This document shows positions 8,745-17,393 of a stretch of DNA of 44,229 nt, piece after piece (positions within the stretch are counted from its first letter, which is position 1; the number at the start of each line of letters is the position of its first letter). A program made the translations under genes and the position numbers. The stretch covers positions 1-44,229 of the IMG/VR virus record IMGVR_UViG_3300032226_000163. The stretch is one strand, 5' to 3'. This stretch comes from a virus. Lineage: Duplodnaviria > Caudoviricetes. The notes beneath the pieces were generated by a model. The model was not told where the DNA came from. It ran no database searches and saw nothing but the letters and a program-made list of their open reading frames with translations.

Positions 8745-8797
8745 TATCCATCTCGGATATATTTAAACTCGTATAAACATAAATAAAGGAGGTCAGT

Positions 8798-9184
8798 ATG
8801 ATTGACCAAGCTTTACTTTGTCTCGCCACGACCATATACATGGAAGCCGCACACGAACCCAAACAAGGGCAAGTGGCAGTTGGCTATGTGTTGATGAGGC
8901 GAGCCGACTTTAACCACAAGAATGTGTGTAGCGAAATGAGACGACCATATCAATTCAGTTGGTATGGGATTACTAAACCACCATCGGTGATACGACAACA
9001 CTATTTTGATATAGCGTATAAAGTATTACACCGATTGGAGGTTGATTATAGTTATGGTGCAACAAACTTCCATGACACGACCATAAAGAAACCTAAGTCA
9101 TGGCATAGATTAGAACCCGTAGTCAAGTGGTCTAATCTTATTTTTTATAAACAAAAAGGAGAGAGATATGCAAGTGCTAATTGA
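8798..9184 (+). CDS. Cell wall hydrolase, SleB/Hydrolase_2 family
   Basis: CLA..IY.EA..EP..GQ.AV..V, QFSW, GATNFH, P.W, IFY. Confidence 0.88.
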   Translation: MIDQALLCLATTIYMEAAHEPKQGQVAVGYVLMRRADFNHKNVCSEMRRPYQFSWYGITKPPSVIRQHYFDIAYKVLHRLEVDYSYGATNFHDTTIKKPKSWHRLEPVVKWSNLIFYKQKGERYASAN

Positions 9185-9416
9185 TTTAAATGATGACCAA
9201 GCAGATGAAGTATTGGTAGAGTCGTTAAAGAGTGGGTATGAAATCAACCTTAACTTTCCCGATGAGCCAAACTTTTATGAGATAAACCAAGCGTTTAGAA
9301 CTTTGCTTGCTTATTACATGGGCGATAAAGAGTGTGCCAAATACTTACACGCTAGGGCTAAGGTGCGTAAGAATTATAATGCCAAGCGATTAGTGGAGGC
9401 TGAGAATGGACTCTAA
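9168..9416 (+). CDS. Hypothetical protein
   Basis: AGGAG RBS; overlapping operon chain. Confidence 0.6.
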   Translation: MQVLIDLNDDQADEVLVESLKSGYEINLNFPDEPNFYEINQAFRTLLAYYMGDKECAKYLHARAKVRKNYNAKRLVEAENGL

Positions 9417-9615
9417 AAAATATGAAGGCACAGGGTTTTTGTTAGTAGGGGTTATTGTAGGTATTACTTTTACATGGGCAGTCATGGAATTTACTCATCT
9501 AAAAGATAAGAACAATAAGAACTTAAAGTGTGTGCAAGGGGAATTGTATGAAGAGATTAGACCTAACTTCTATGTTAAGTCGCACTTGGAATGCTTTGAG
9601 CAAAGGAGTTTCTAA
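9406..9615 (+). CDS. Small membrane-anchored protein
   Basis: N-terminal hydrophobic helix; GGAGG RBS. Confidence 0.6.
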   Translation: MDSKKYEGTGFLLVGVIVGITFTWAVMEFTHLKDKNNKNLKCVQGELYEEIRPNFYVKSHLECFEQRSF

Positions 9616-9616
9616 C

Positions 9617-9736
9617 ATGGATACAATCGCATGGTTGACAGCACTCTACATAGCTGTAAGTGTAGGTGTGATACTTGATGACCACAAAAGTAAAGAACCA
9701 CCTAAAGAACCACCAAAGGTAGAGCAAACAAAATGA
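9617..9736 (+). CDS. Small membrane protein (39 aa)
   Basis: AAGGAG RBS before ATG 9617; TM helix followed by a KEPP repeat. Confidence 0.55.
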   Translation: MDTIAWLTALYIAVSVGVILDDHKSKEPPKEPPKVEQTK

Positions 9737-9912
9737 GTTTGCCTTTTACCTATGCAGTCATTGATGATGACGGCGAAGTCTTACGCAAGTATAGATGGAA
9801 CGCAAAAGAGGCGAAGTGGCATAAAGAACAAGGGAGTAATGTCATCAAGCTAGAAGTAGTTAAAGAAACTAAAGAAGATGTAATGACTTTAGTAGGTGAT
9901 TGTTTATTCTAA
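9733..9912 (+). CDS. Hypothetical protein (59 aa)
   Basis: Manual translation MSLPFTYAVIDDDGEVLRKYRW...VGDCLF; ATGA and TAATG overlaps. Confidence 0.65.
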   Translation: MSLPFTYAVIDDDGEVLRKYRWNAKEAKWHKEQGSNVIKLEVVKETKEDVMTLVGDCLF

Positions 9913-10133
9913 TGTATACCAAGCTAGATGATTGGCGTCATGCCCACAAAGTTAACGAATTGCTACGGAGTAATCCGTCTATGACACAGAAAGAACTTTG
10001 TAAGTTAATGATAACTAATTTTCACAGGCTTAAGTATTTAGAACAGCAAGGACTTATTAAATTAAGGAGAAGAGTATATGAACAAAGAACAAAAAAGAGC
10101 CATACGCAAATTTCAAACATGGCAAATGAATAA
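9912..10133 (+). CDS. Small winged-HTH DNA-binding protein
   Basis: LLRSNPSMTQKELCKLM...LKYLEQQGLIK resembles AsnC/HTH_24-type wHTH. Confidence 0.55.
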   Translation: MYTKLDDWRHAHKVNELLRSNPSMTQKELCKLMITNFHRLKYLEQQGLIKLRRRVYEQRTKKSHTQISNMANE

Positions 10134-10341
10134 ATTTGCACGCAACGCAAAAAAGGGTTATTACTTTTTCCAACCCGATAATGTGTCGCTACCTACACCC
10201 CGTTCAGCGAGAGATGCTTGGGGCGGGACATATACGCCACAGTCGGAAGATGACCGTAGACAAGAGAAGTATACAACATGGACAATGTATGCGTTTGTGT
10301 TTGCGTATATTGCGTTTCTTATTTGGAGGGAATTACCATGA
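10078..10341 (+). CDS. Hypothetical protein with C-terminal TM helix
   Basis: AAGGAG RBS; PRSARDAWG motif; hydrophobic tail. Confidence 0.6.
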   Translation: MNKEQKRAIRKFQTWQMNKFARNAKKGYYFFQPDNVSLPTPRSARDAWGGTYTPQSEDDRRQEKYTTWTMYAFVFAYIAFLIWRELP

Positions 10342-10538
10342 GTTATCAATGCGTTGATTGTGGAAGTGATATAGCTAATGGTAGGTATAAGCTAGGATAT
10401 AAAACTTGTTTAAGTTGTGGTGAGAAACATGCACTCAATTATAAACATTGTATCGTGCCTATGCCTAAGAGTAATTACATTGTGGTGACTGACTTAGAAC
10501 TATTGAAAGGACTGAATTCATCACATAAGAGTAGGTAA
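10338..10538 (+). CDS. DksA/TraR-type C4 zinc-finger protein
   Basis: CVDCG.DI...R..LG..TCLSC; GGAGG RBS, start at ATG 10338. Confidence 0.65.
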   Translation: MSYQCVDCGSDIANGRYKLGYKTCLSCGEKHALNYKHCIVPMPKSNYIVVTDLELLKGLNSSHKSR

Positions 10539-10556
10539 AAAAATTTGGACAATGAC

Positions 10557-10585
10557 TTGACAATGTCAAGTAATCATGTTATAAT
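10557..10585 (+). promoter_or_regulatory. Strong sigma70 promoter P3 overlapping a perfect palindromic operator
   Basis: TTGACA-N17-TATAAT with extended -10 TG; ACTTGACA-A-TGTCAAGT palindrome over the -35 box. Confidence 0.88.
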
Positions 10586-10622
10586 ATGTTTGTAGGAAAT
10601 GAAGAAGTGCTTTATCAACCAA

Positions 10623-10654
10623 GCGACAATCGTATAACTTTATACCCTTGTCGC
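10623..10654 (+). repeat. 32-bp interrupted palindrome, copy 3
   Basis: GCGACA ATC GTATA ACTT TATAC CCT TGTCGC. Confidence 0.9.
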
Positions 10655-10678
10655 ATAACTTAAATGAGGAGAAACATC

Positions 10679-10867
10679 ATGAACAAAAACAAGTTTTATC
10701 AACAACAAGCCGAAACATTAGGCGAATTCTTTAAGCACCATAGGTATAACTACCCAATACAATACGACAATCGTATTACTCGTGTGCCGTCACAATCAAA
10801 TTATGCGTTAGCAATTAAAATTATGAAACAACAAGGAGAGAAAAATGCAAAACATCTTTCCAAATAA
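10679..10867 (+). CDS. Hypothetical protein
   Basis: GAGGAG RBS before ATG 10679. Confidence 0.6.
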   Translation: MNKNKFYQQQAETLGEFFKHHRYNYPIQYDNRITRVPSQSNYALAIKIMKQQGEKNAKHLSK

Positions 10868-11273
10868 ACAAGAAAAAGAAACACTACTGACGCAGTTAAA
10901 TCTGCTAGGTGCAAAGCGTGTGTATGTAACATTTAGAGGTGGTGGTGATGAAGGACAAGTGGAAGAAACATTCTACCGAGATGTTAATGATAATACCCAT
11001 GAGATACCAAGCGATATGATTTCATGGACTAAACAAGCCTATGGTCAACAACAAGCTGAAACAAAAAATGAAACGCTTGTAGAAGTATTGGAAGACTTAT
11101 GCTACCGAGCCCTTGATGAAACAGGGTGGGATTGGTATAACAATGACGGAGGTCAAGGTGAGTTAATTATAGACTTTACTGAAACCCCACCAAAGATTGA
11201 TTTAAGTGTAGGTATCAACACTATGTCAACAGAATATCATGACTATGATTTGAATGAAACGGAGGAAGAATAA
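10845..11273 (+). CDS. DUF6878-like protein
   Basis: V.F.GGGDEG.VE and W.NNDGG.G motifs; adjacent to a DUF6915-like gene, a pairing I recall as common. Confidence 0.55.
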   Translation: MQNIFPNKQEKETLLTQLNLLGAKRVYVTFRGGGDEGQVEETFYRDVNDNTHEIPSDMISWTKQAYGQQQAETKNETLVEVLEDLCYRALDETGWDWYNNDGGQGELIIDFTETPPKIDLSVGINTMSTEYHDYDLNETEEE

Positions 11274-11614
11274 TGAATACACATTATCATTCTAAAACAT
11301 CTGTAAAGAAATGGGGTGGTGTTGAAGCTGACTATCAACCTATCCATGATTGGTTTGATGCAACCAAAGAATGTTTTGCTGATGCAAGACACAGGGCAAT
11401 TCGTCATCACTCACAAGGTATCTTTGAATGTGAAAGACAATTCGGGTTATTCATTGTGAATAGTGATGGTCGTGAAGTGCCTACAAGATTAATCGGTGAA
11501 CAACATGTTAAAGAAGATTGTGGTGGGTGGATACCTAGCCTACAAGATTGGCTTGAAAACATGAAGTTCGTAAGTTGGATGAACAGAGGTTATGACATGA
11601 AAGAGGGAGAATAA
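11273..11614 (+). CDS. DUF6915-like His-rich protein
   Basis: H..SVKKWGG..DY..IH.WFD.TK...D.RHRA.RHH..GIF.CE..FG...EQHV.ED. Confidence 0.7.
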   Translation: MNTHYHSKTSVKKWGGVEADYQPIHDWFDATKECFADARHRAIRHHSQGIFECERQFGLFIVNSDGREVPTRLIGEQHVKEDCGGWIPSLQDWLENMKFVSWMNRGYDMKEGE

Positions 11615-11615
11615 C

Positions 11616-12464
11616 ATGGGATTTCATATCAATCAGTATTCTATGCCTGTCTTAAATACATATGAGACGGCAAAAGAACACTTTAAAAATACGGCACCTG
11701 TGCGTGGTGAGAACCAATCGATACGCAGACTAGGTGATAGGTATGCAAGAGAGAAGTGGTTAAGACAAGAAATAAAAGATGGTGTTGAGGTATATGTTGC
11801 AGGGTATTACAACACAGACTTAGTAGCGTTCTACCCAACACACAAAGCTATAACGCTAGGTGGGTTCCCGTCATATAGCACCAAACGATTTGTAGAACGG
11901 ATTGCTAATGTGTGGCTTGTTGAGTTTGAGCATAAGCGTTATGTGCCTGCACCATTCACTAAACAACCGAATGTAGTTAACAATGAGATTGAGTGTGCCT
12001 TAAGTTTAAATGGGTATAAACATATGGACGCATATACATGGTATCGGATTGACTACGACCATAATACTGATGAAGAACAATATATAAAACCTAAGAAATG
12101 TAGAATAGATACTTCTCAACTGCGTGAGTTAAGAAAGCCTTATCGCAATCTGATTAAGTATATAGATACACTAATTAAATTAGGTAATGCAGGGGTTGAG
12201 CATGATATGAAGTTATCAGACCAATTACCTGAAGAACGAAATTATGTGGAGAAATATACACAGTTATTAGAATTTATGAAAGATGAAAATAATATGTATC
12301 TATCCTATTACTATCTAGCTAGACAGACGCAACGGCAGACTTGGAGTAAAGATGGAAGTAAATATCATATAACAATAGGTATGGTTAAAAGATTTTTAGA
12401 TAAGTTACTTAAGCTACACAACCCACAAGTTTTAGTAGAAGTTGAACCTGCGACAAAGGTATAA
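11616..12464 (+). CDS. Hypothetical protein
   Basis: 282-aa ORF with GGAG RBS. Confidence 0.7.
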   Translation: MGFHINQYSMPVLNTYETAKEHFKNTAPVRGENQSIRRLGDRYAREKWLRQEIKDGVEVYVAGYYNTDLVAFYPTHKAITLGGFPSYSTKRFVERIANVWLVEFEHKRYVPAPFTKQPNVVNNEIECALSLNGYKHMDAYTWYRIDYDHNTDEEQYIKPKKCRIDTSQLRELRKPYRNLIKYIDTLIKLGNAGVEHDMKLSDQLPEERNYVEKYTQLLEFMKDENNMYLSYYYLARQTQRQTWSKDGSKYHITIGMVKRFLDKLLKLHNPQVLVEVEPATKV

Positions 12465-12481
12465 CCATATACCCATGTCGC
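12450..12481 (+). repeat. 32-bp interrupted palindrome, copy 4
   Basis: GCGACA AAG GTATA ACCA TATAC CCA TGTCGC, overlapping the upstream stop codon. Confidence 0.9.
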
Positions 12482-12503
12482 TTAACATTAAGGAGAGAGT
12501 ATC

Positions 12504-13550
12504 ATGCAACAAGAAATCAGTTTGAAACAAGCAGAGGAATTAATTGCAACAGTAGGTCGTGATGTCACAGTCCATCTCAAAGGGCAACCTGGCATTGGTA
12601 AATCATCAATACTTAAATCACTAAGTAAACGATTTCCCGACCACACACCTGTGTATATAGATTGTGCAGACTTAGACTTAGGTGACTTAGCTATGCCTGC
12701 CATGAACCATGAAACAAAGACAACCACATTCTATCCGAATGAAAGGTTTGCCATACATGACAACAAGCCTGTCATCATTATGCTAGATGAGATTACTAAG
12801 GCTAGTGAACCTGTTAAGAATATGTTATTACCTGTCATGTTAGAGAGACGACTAGGTGCAGTTAAGTTTCACCCCGATAGCATCGTGTATTCAACAGGCA
12901 ACCTAACAACAGATGGTGTAGGTGATACCATGAAAGCCCATGCCAAGAACAGATTGACGGCAGTCATTGTTAGAAATCCTAATGATGATGAGTGGATTAA
13001 TTGGGCTATTGATAATAACATTGCACCCGAAGTTGTAGCGTGGGTTAAACAATTTCCCCATGCACTAGCGTGTTATACAGATGATGCACAGAAAGAGAAC
13101 ATGTATATATACAATCCTCGCAAACAACAAGAGGCGTTCGTATCCCCTCGTTCATTAGAGAAGGCATCGTTCATCGTTAAGAACAGAGTGACACTCGGTG
13201 AAGATACCACAATGGTTGCCTTGTGTGGCACAGTCGGTGAGTCAGCGGCTCGAGATATGTCGGCATACTTTAGTCTAGCTGATGGTCTACCGACTAAGGA
13301 AAGTATATACAACAAACCTAATGAAGCTAACTTACCAAGCGACCCTGCGGCTCGTGTAATTCTAGTCATGCGAGAACTAATGACTATCACAGAGCAACAC
13401 ATGGATGCGTGGTTGACTTACCTTCAACGACTACCGATGGAGATACAAGCATTGTTTGCAGTCAACATCATGGCATCGTCTCGTAAACAAATAGCCTCAA
13501 CCAATAAGACATTCATTGATTGGGCAGTTAAGAATAACCAATACTTCTAG
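12504..13550 (+). CDS. MoxR-like AAA+ ATPase
   Basis: Walker A GQPGIGKS, Walker B IIMLDE, sensor STGN, Arg finger NRL, SPRS sensor II. Confidence 0.9.
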   Translation: MQQEISLKQAEELIATVGRDVTVHLKGQPGIGKSSILKSLSKRFPDHTPVYIDCADLDLGDLAMPAMNHETKTTTFYPNERFAIHDNKPVIIMLDEITKASEPVKNMLLPVMLERRLGAVKFHPDSIVYSTGNLTTDGVGDTMKAHAKNRLTAVIVRNPNDDEWINWAIDNNIAPEVVAWVKQFPHALACYTDDAQKENMYIYNPRKQQEAFVSPRSLEKASFIVKNRVTLGEDTTMVALCGTVGESAARDMSAYFSLADGLPTKESIYNKPNEANLPSDPAARVILVMRELMTITEQHMDAWLTYLQRLPMEIQALFAVNIMASSRKQIASTNKTFIDWAVKNNQYF

Positions 13551-13558
13551 GAGGATAT

Positions 13559-13681
13559 ATGACGGACGAATTTTTAGAATGGCTTAACGAATGTCCATAC
13601 CTATGGTTACGACAAGAAGAGTCAGATGATAGCGTGACTTATAAATTCTACAAGGAGAGACGAGATGGCACTAACGAGTGA
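13559..13681 (+). CDS. Small hypothetical protein (40 aa)
   Basis: GGAGG RBS; MTDEFLEWLNECPYLW...SVTYKF. Confidence 0.5.
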   Translation: MTDEFLEWLNECPYLWLRQEESDDSVTYKFYKERRDGTNE

Positions 13682-14819
13682 ACAAAGAGTCACGAAGTCC
13701 CACATAGCTATAATGCGTAGCAAACAATTCTGTATGTTTGCAGGTGTGTTATCGGTGGGCAAGGTATCCTTTACGGAAGACATACCAACGGCTTGCACCA
13801 ATGGTCGTGATGTTATATACAACCCCGAGTTTATCAAGTCACTAGATGATAAGGAGTTGAACTTTGTAGTCTTACATGAGGCATTGCACAAGGTGTATCA
13901 ACACATGCACCTATGGAAAAAGCTATGGAAAGATAATCCCATGCTTGCAAACATGGCGGCTGACTATGTTGTGAACTATGCGATATATGAAGCTGATGAA
14001 CAAAGTGATATAGCTAAACGACCCGACTCAGCGTTGTTTGACTTAGCATACAAAGGTATGACGACTAAACAAATCTTTGAGATACTTAAGAAAAGTAGTC
14101 AGTATGTCAAGGAACAGAGTGGTCATGATACGCATGATTGGGAAGGTGCTGAACAGTTATCTGATGAAGAAGTTAAAGAGACTGCCAAGCAGATAGACCA
14201 AGCACTACGACAAGGTGAGATTATTCGTGGCAAGATGCAAGGTAATAAGAATAGAAGTATCAACGAGTTACTAGAACCTAAAGTTAATTGGCGTGAACAG
14301 TTGCGTGAGTTTGTCAATGCAACATGTCGTAACAAAGACAAGACTACATGGAAACGACCACACAAGCGTTTCTTAGGTCAAGACATCTACATGCCTAGCA
14401 TGATAGGTGAGTCAATAGGTAAAGTTGTAGTCGGTATAGATACATCGGGTTCTATTGGTGACAAGGAACTATCCGAGTTCTTAACTGAAGTAGTAGCTAT
14501 ATGTGATGATGTATCCCCATCAAGTATAGAGTTGTTGTATTGGGATACAGAAGTAGCAGGTCATGAGACATACAATCAAGGTGATTACAAAGCATTGGTT
14601 CAGTCTACTAAACCTGCGGGGGGTGGTGGCACTCATGTTGGGTGTGTTAATCAGTATATCAAAGATAAACGCATTGAACCCGAGGCTGTCATTATACTAA
14701 CAGATGGATATGTGGAAGATGATTGGGGAGGTAGTTGGGGTTGCACACCTACATTGTGGGCAGTCACATCACGCAACAATACATCACCACATGGTAAGAC
14801 AATACATATACAAGACTAA
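13665..14819 (+). CDS. DUF2201-type metallopeptidase plus VWA domain protein
   Basis: TACTNG, VLHEALH (HExxH), N.AAD..VN; MIDAS DTSGS, GGGT, ILTDG. Confidence 0.88.
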   Translation: MALTSEQRVTKSHIAIMRSKQFCMFAGVLSVGKVSFTEDIPTACTNGRDVIYNPEFIKSLDDKELNFVVLHEALHKVYQHMHLWKKLWKDNPMLANMAADYVVNYAIYEADEQSDIAKRPDSALFDLAYKGMTTKQIFEILKKSSQYVKEQSGHDTHDWEGAEQLSDEEVKETAKQIDQALRQGEIIRGKMQGNKNRSINELLEPKVNWREQLREFVNATCRNKDKTTWKRPHKRFLGQDIYMPSMIGESIGKVVVGIDTSGSIGDKELSEFLTEVVAICDDVSPSSIELLYWDTEVAGHETYNQGDYKALVQSTKPAGGGGTHVGCVNQYIKDKRIEPEAVIILTDGYVEDDWGGSWGCTPTLWAVTSRNNTSPHGKTIHIQD

Positions 14820-14823
14820 CCAA

Positions 14824-14855
14824 GCGACAATCGTATAACAATATACGTTTGTCGT
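14824..14855 (+). repeat. 32-bp interrupted palindrome, copy 5
   Basis: GCGACA ATC GTATA ACAA TATAC GTT TGTCGT. Confidence 0.9.
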
Positions 14856-14876
14856 TTACTTATGAGGAGAAACAAA

Positions 14877-15410
14877 ATGTCATTAAACATTTCAAATGAA
14901 CTAACGCAATACGCAGAAAACATAGTCATGAACATTGACTTCAACAAGTTTACAGATAGACAGATTAAGAATGTAGTTAAGCAATTAAGAACAGGGTGTA
15001 TCTCTAGGGGTAACTCTATGACTGCACACTTAGCTAGATGGATTAGAAAAGGACATGACTTCCCACACTTTGTTTACGATACCTATGAGTTTAAATGGAG
15101 AGACATTCCCAACGGTCACCCTTTCTTTGACACCGTCAAGGAAGTAGCATCATTACTTAAACTATCAAGCACAGAACAAGGTGAATGGTTTGTTAGAACT
15201 TTAAACGACATGATTGAAACTGCTGAAAAGCAAAATCCAACAGGTTCGGTAAGTGCATATCGTTTAGGTGAATTTAAAAAGCAAGTTAAAAAAGTTATGA
15301 AAGTAGAACAAGAACTACCTAAAGAAGTAGAGGACTTTCTAACAGGTTTACAAAACAGAACACTAGGTGTAGTTCCTGTTAGTGTTTACGACATTAGTTC
15401 ATATAATTAA
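14877..15410 (+). CDS. Hypothetical protein
   Basis: GAGGAG RBS before ATG 14877. Confidence 0.7.
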   Translation: MSLNISNELTQYAENIVMNIDFNKFTDRQIKNVVKQLRTGCISRGNSMTAHLARWIRKGHDFPHFVYDTYEFKWRDIPNGHPFFDTVKEVASLLKLSSTEQGEWFVRTLNDMIETAEKQNPTGSVSAYRLGEFKKQVKKVMKVEQELPKEVEDFLTGLQNRTLGVVPVSVYDISSYN

Positions 15411-15420
15411 GGAGTAAATC

Positions 15421-15681
15421 ATGGCTAAACCTAAAAGCGTATCACTATTATCTTGTAAATGGGGGACAGTAATATCGGTTCGAGACCATAATGGTGAAGA
15501 ATATCGTATGGACTATTGGGCTTTGCATCATGTATTGATGCAGTTAGTAGATACAGATTGGTTTAAAGACAGGAAACCTAAATGGAAATACAAACGTTTA
15601 GATTTTGAAGAAACATACAAACATTTATTGTATCACCCTGCATTACATAAAATTATAAACGTAGAGGAGGAAATAAAATGA
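15421..15681 (+). CDS. Hypothetical protein
   Basis: AAGGAG RBS; ATGA overlap downstream. Confidence 0.65.
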   Translation: MAKPKSVSLLSCKWGTVISVRDHNGEEYRMDYWALHHVLMQLVDTDWFKDRKPKWKYKRLDFEETYKHLLYHPALHKIINVEEEIK

Positions 15682-16520
15682 GTATCAGTATAGCAAGCAG
15701 TGCAGTATTAATCGACTTAAACATATCAGTATGGACGGCTAGAAAACTAGATAAGAATGTGTCCAAAGAGATTGATGTGAACAAAAACACAACCATCAAG
15801 GCAGGTAACTATAACAAACATATCCTTGCAGGGTCAGACCAATTAGATAAGATTACCAAACTATCTAGTGAGATACGAGAGTGGCATGGTAGGCAAACGC
15901 TACCTTGGTCAGACACAGGCACAAGGTTATTACCTATGAGTAACTTCTTTGATTATAAACAACAACTTGGAGAGTATGAGGCGGAGTTTCAATCTCGTGT
16001 AAATACATTTATACAAGAGTATCCTAACATCATTCAAGGTATGGCATTTAAACTAGGTAAGCTATTTAGTAGAGATGAGTATCCCGATGCTTATAAGATT
16101 GCAAATAAGTTCAATCTCAAATATACTATTATGCCTGTGCCTGAAACAAATGATTTCCGTGTTGACATCGCAGACGACATTCGTAATGAGATGAAACAAG
16201 AGTATCAGAAAGCATATGAAGGTCGTGTTGAGGTAGCTATGAGTGATGCGTGGTCAAGACTACACAATACTTTAGAGCATATGGTTGATAGGTTAAGTGG
16301 TGAGGAAAAGAAAATATTTAGAGATAGTCTAGTAGATAATGCATTAGAGTTGACAAATCTATTAACAAGGCTTAATGTAACAAACGACCCTAAACTAGAG
16401 AATGCTAGACGAGAGTTAGAACGATTGCTAGTAGGGGTATCAGCCGATGACTTGAGAGAAAGTCAAGGGGCTAGGACAGCAGTATTAAACAAAGTAAATC
16501 AAATTATGGAGACCATATGA
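15678..16520 (+). CDS. DUF3150-like conserved phage/ICE protein
   Basis: LNISVWTARKLD, TLPWSD.G.RLLP, YP....KF, helical C-terminus. Confidence 0.6.
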   Translation: MSISIASSAVLIDLNISVWTARKLDKNVSKEIDVNKNTTIKAGNYNKHILAGSDQLDKITKLSSEIREWHGRQTLPWSDTGTRLLPMSNFFDYKQQLGEYEAEFQSRVNTFIQEYPNIIQGMAFKLGKLFSRDEYPDAYKIANKFNLKYTIMPVPETNDFRVDIADDIRNEMKQEYQKAYEGRVEVAMSDAWSRLHNTLEHMVDRLSGEEKKIFRDSLVDNALELTNLLTRLNVTNDPKLENARRELERLLVGVSADDLRESQGARTAVLNKVNQIMETI

Positions 16521-16825
16521 AAGTATATCATGCGATGCATGAAGACTCACCCGATATATCTAAAGAAGATAAGGAGAAGATGGCTATCCTTAAACTTGTA
16601 GATGTAGGTAAGTATATCAAGAATGTAGGTATCAGAGATGGTCAATTCTATGTGATTGCAGAGAACGATACAGACGAAATCTATCTTGAATATAAAGCAG
16701 CAATGCAGAATATACAGGCTCTTATGAATACTAAGATGGACTTCCGATTGCTTGAGCAAAAGAATAGAGAGTTTCATAACAAGAGACTTAATGCTATGCA
16801 AAAAGTTATGGAGATGCCTAAATGA
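16517..16825 (+). CDS. Hypothetical protein
   Basis: ATGA-coupled ORF; K.AILKL....I..VG.R pattern. Confidence 0.65.
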   Translation: MKVYHAMHEDSPDISKEDKEKMAILKLVDVGKYIKNVGIRDGQFYVIAENDTDEIYLEYKAAMQNIQALMNTKMDFRLLEQKNREFHNKRLNAMQKVMEMPK

Positions 16826-17121
16826 AAAAAGAACCTGTAAAAGAAAAATGGGTTAAGCAACAAGTAGTTAAGATGCTTAAAGCTAGAAATGTATACTACT
16901 TTTTTCCTATTGCAGGCGCTTATACTAGCATAGGTGTGCCTGATATTGTTGCGTGTATCAGAGGTAGGTTTGTGGGTATAGAATGTAAGGCAGGAACTAA
17001 TCGCCCTACTGAATTACAACTACGAAACCTTGAAGCTATACGTGACAATGAAGGGATAGCCATGGTTGTAAATGAAAATGATTTAGAAGCGTTAGAACAA
17101 CGATTGGAGACTTTGACATGA
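16822..17121 (+). CDS. VRR-NUC / Holliday junction resolvase-like PD-(D/E)XK nuclease
   Basis: E..V, GVPDI, F.GIECK, PT.LQ. Confidence 0.85.
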   Translation: MKKEPVKEKWVKQQVVKMLKARNVYYFFPIAGAYTSIGVPDIVACIRGRFVGIECKAGTNRPTELQLRNLEAIRDNEGIAMVVNENDLEALEQRLETLT

Positions 17122-17393
17122 CAATGTTAAAAAATATATTAAAGAAATATAAAGAAGTAAAAGATATGGTCAATCAACCACCGCACTACACACATGGTGG
17201 GATTGAGACTATAGATTATATGGAAGCTAAGTCAACACCCGAAGAGTTTGCGGGACACTTACGCTTAACTGCAATTAAGTATTTGTCAAGGGCAGGATTA
17301 AAAGAGTCAACACTTATGGACTTGAAAAAAGCACAATGGTATGTTAATGAGTTAGTAGCATTTGTAGAAAAACAATCTGTGAATTCTAAATAA
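17118..17393 (+). CDS. DUF3310 protein (T7 gp1.7-like nucleotide kinase family)
   Basis: DMVN.P.HY..GGIETID...KYL.R...K...DLKKA.WY. Confidence 0.85.
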   Translation: MTMLKNILKKYKEVKDMVNQPPHYTHGGIETIDYMEAKSTPEEFAGHLRLTAIKYLSRAGLKESTLMDLKKAQWYVNELVAFVEKQSVNSK

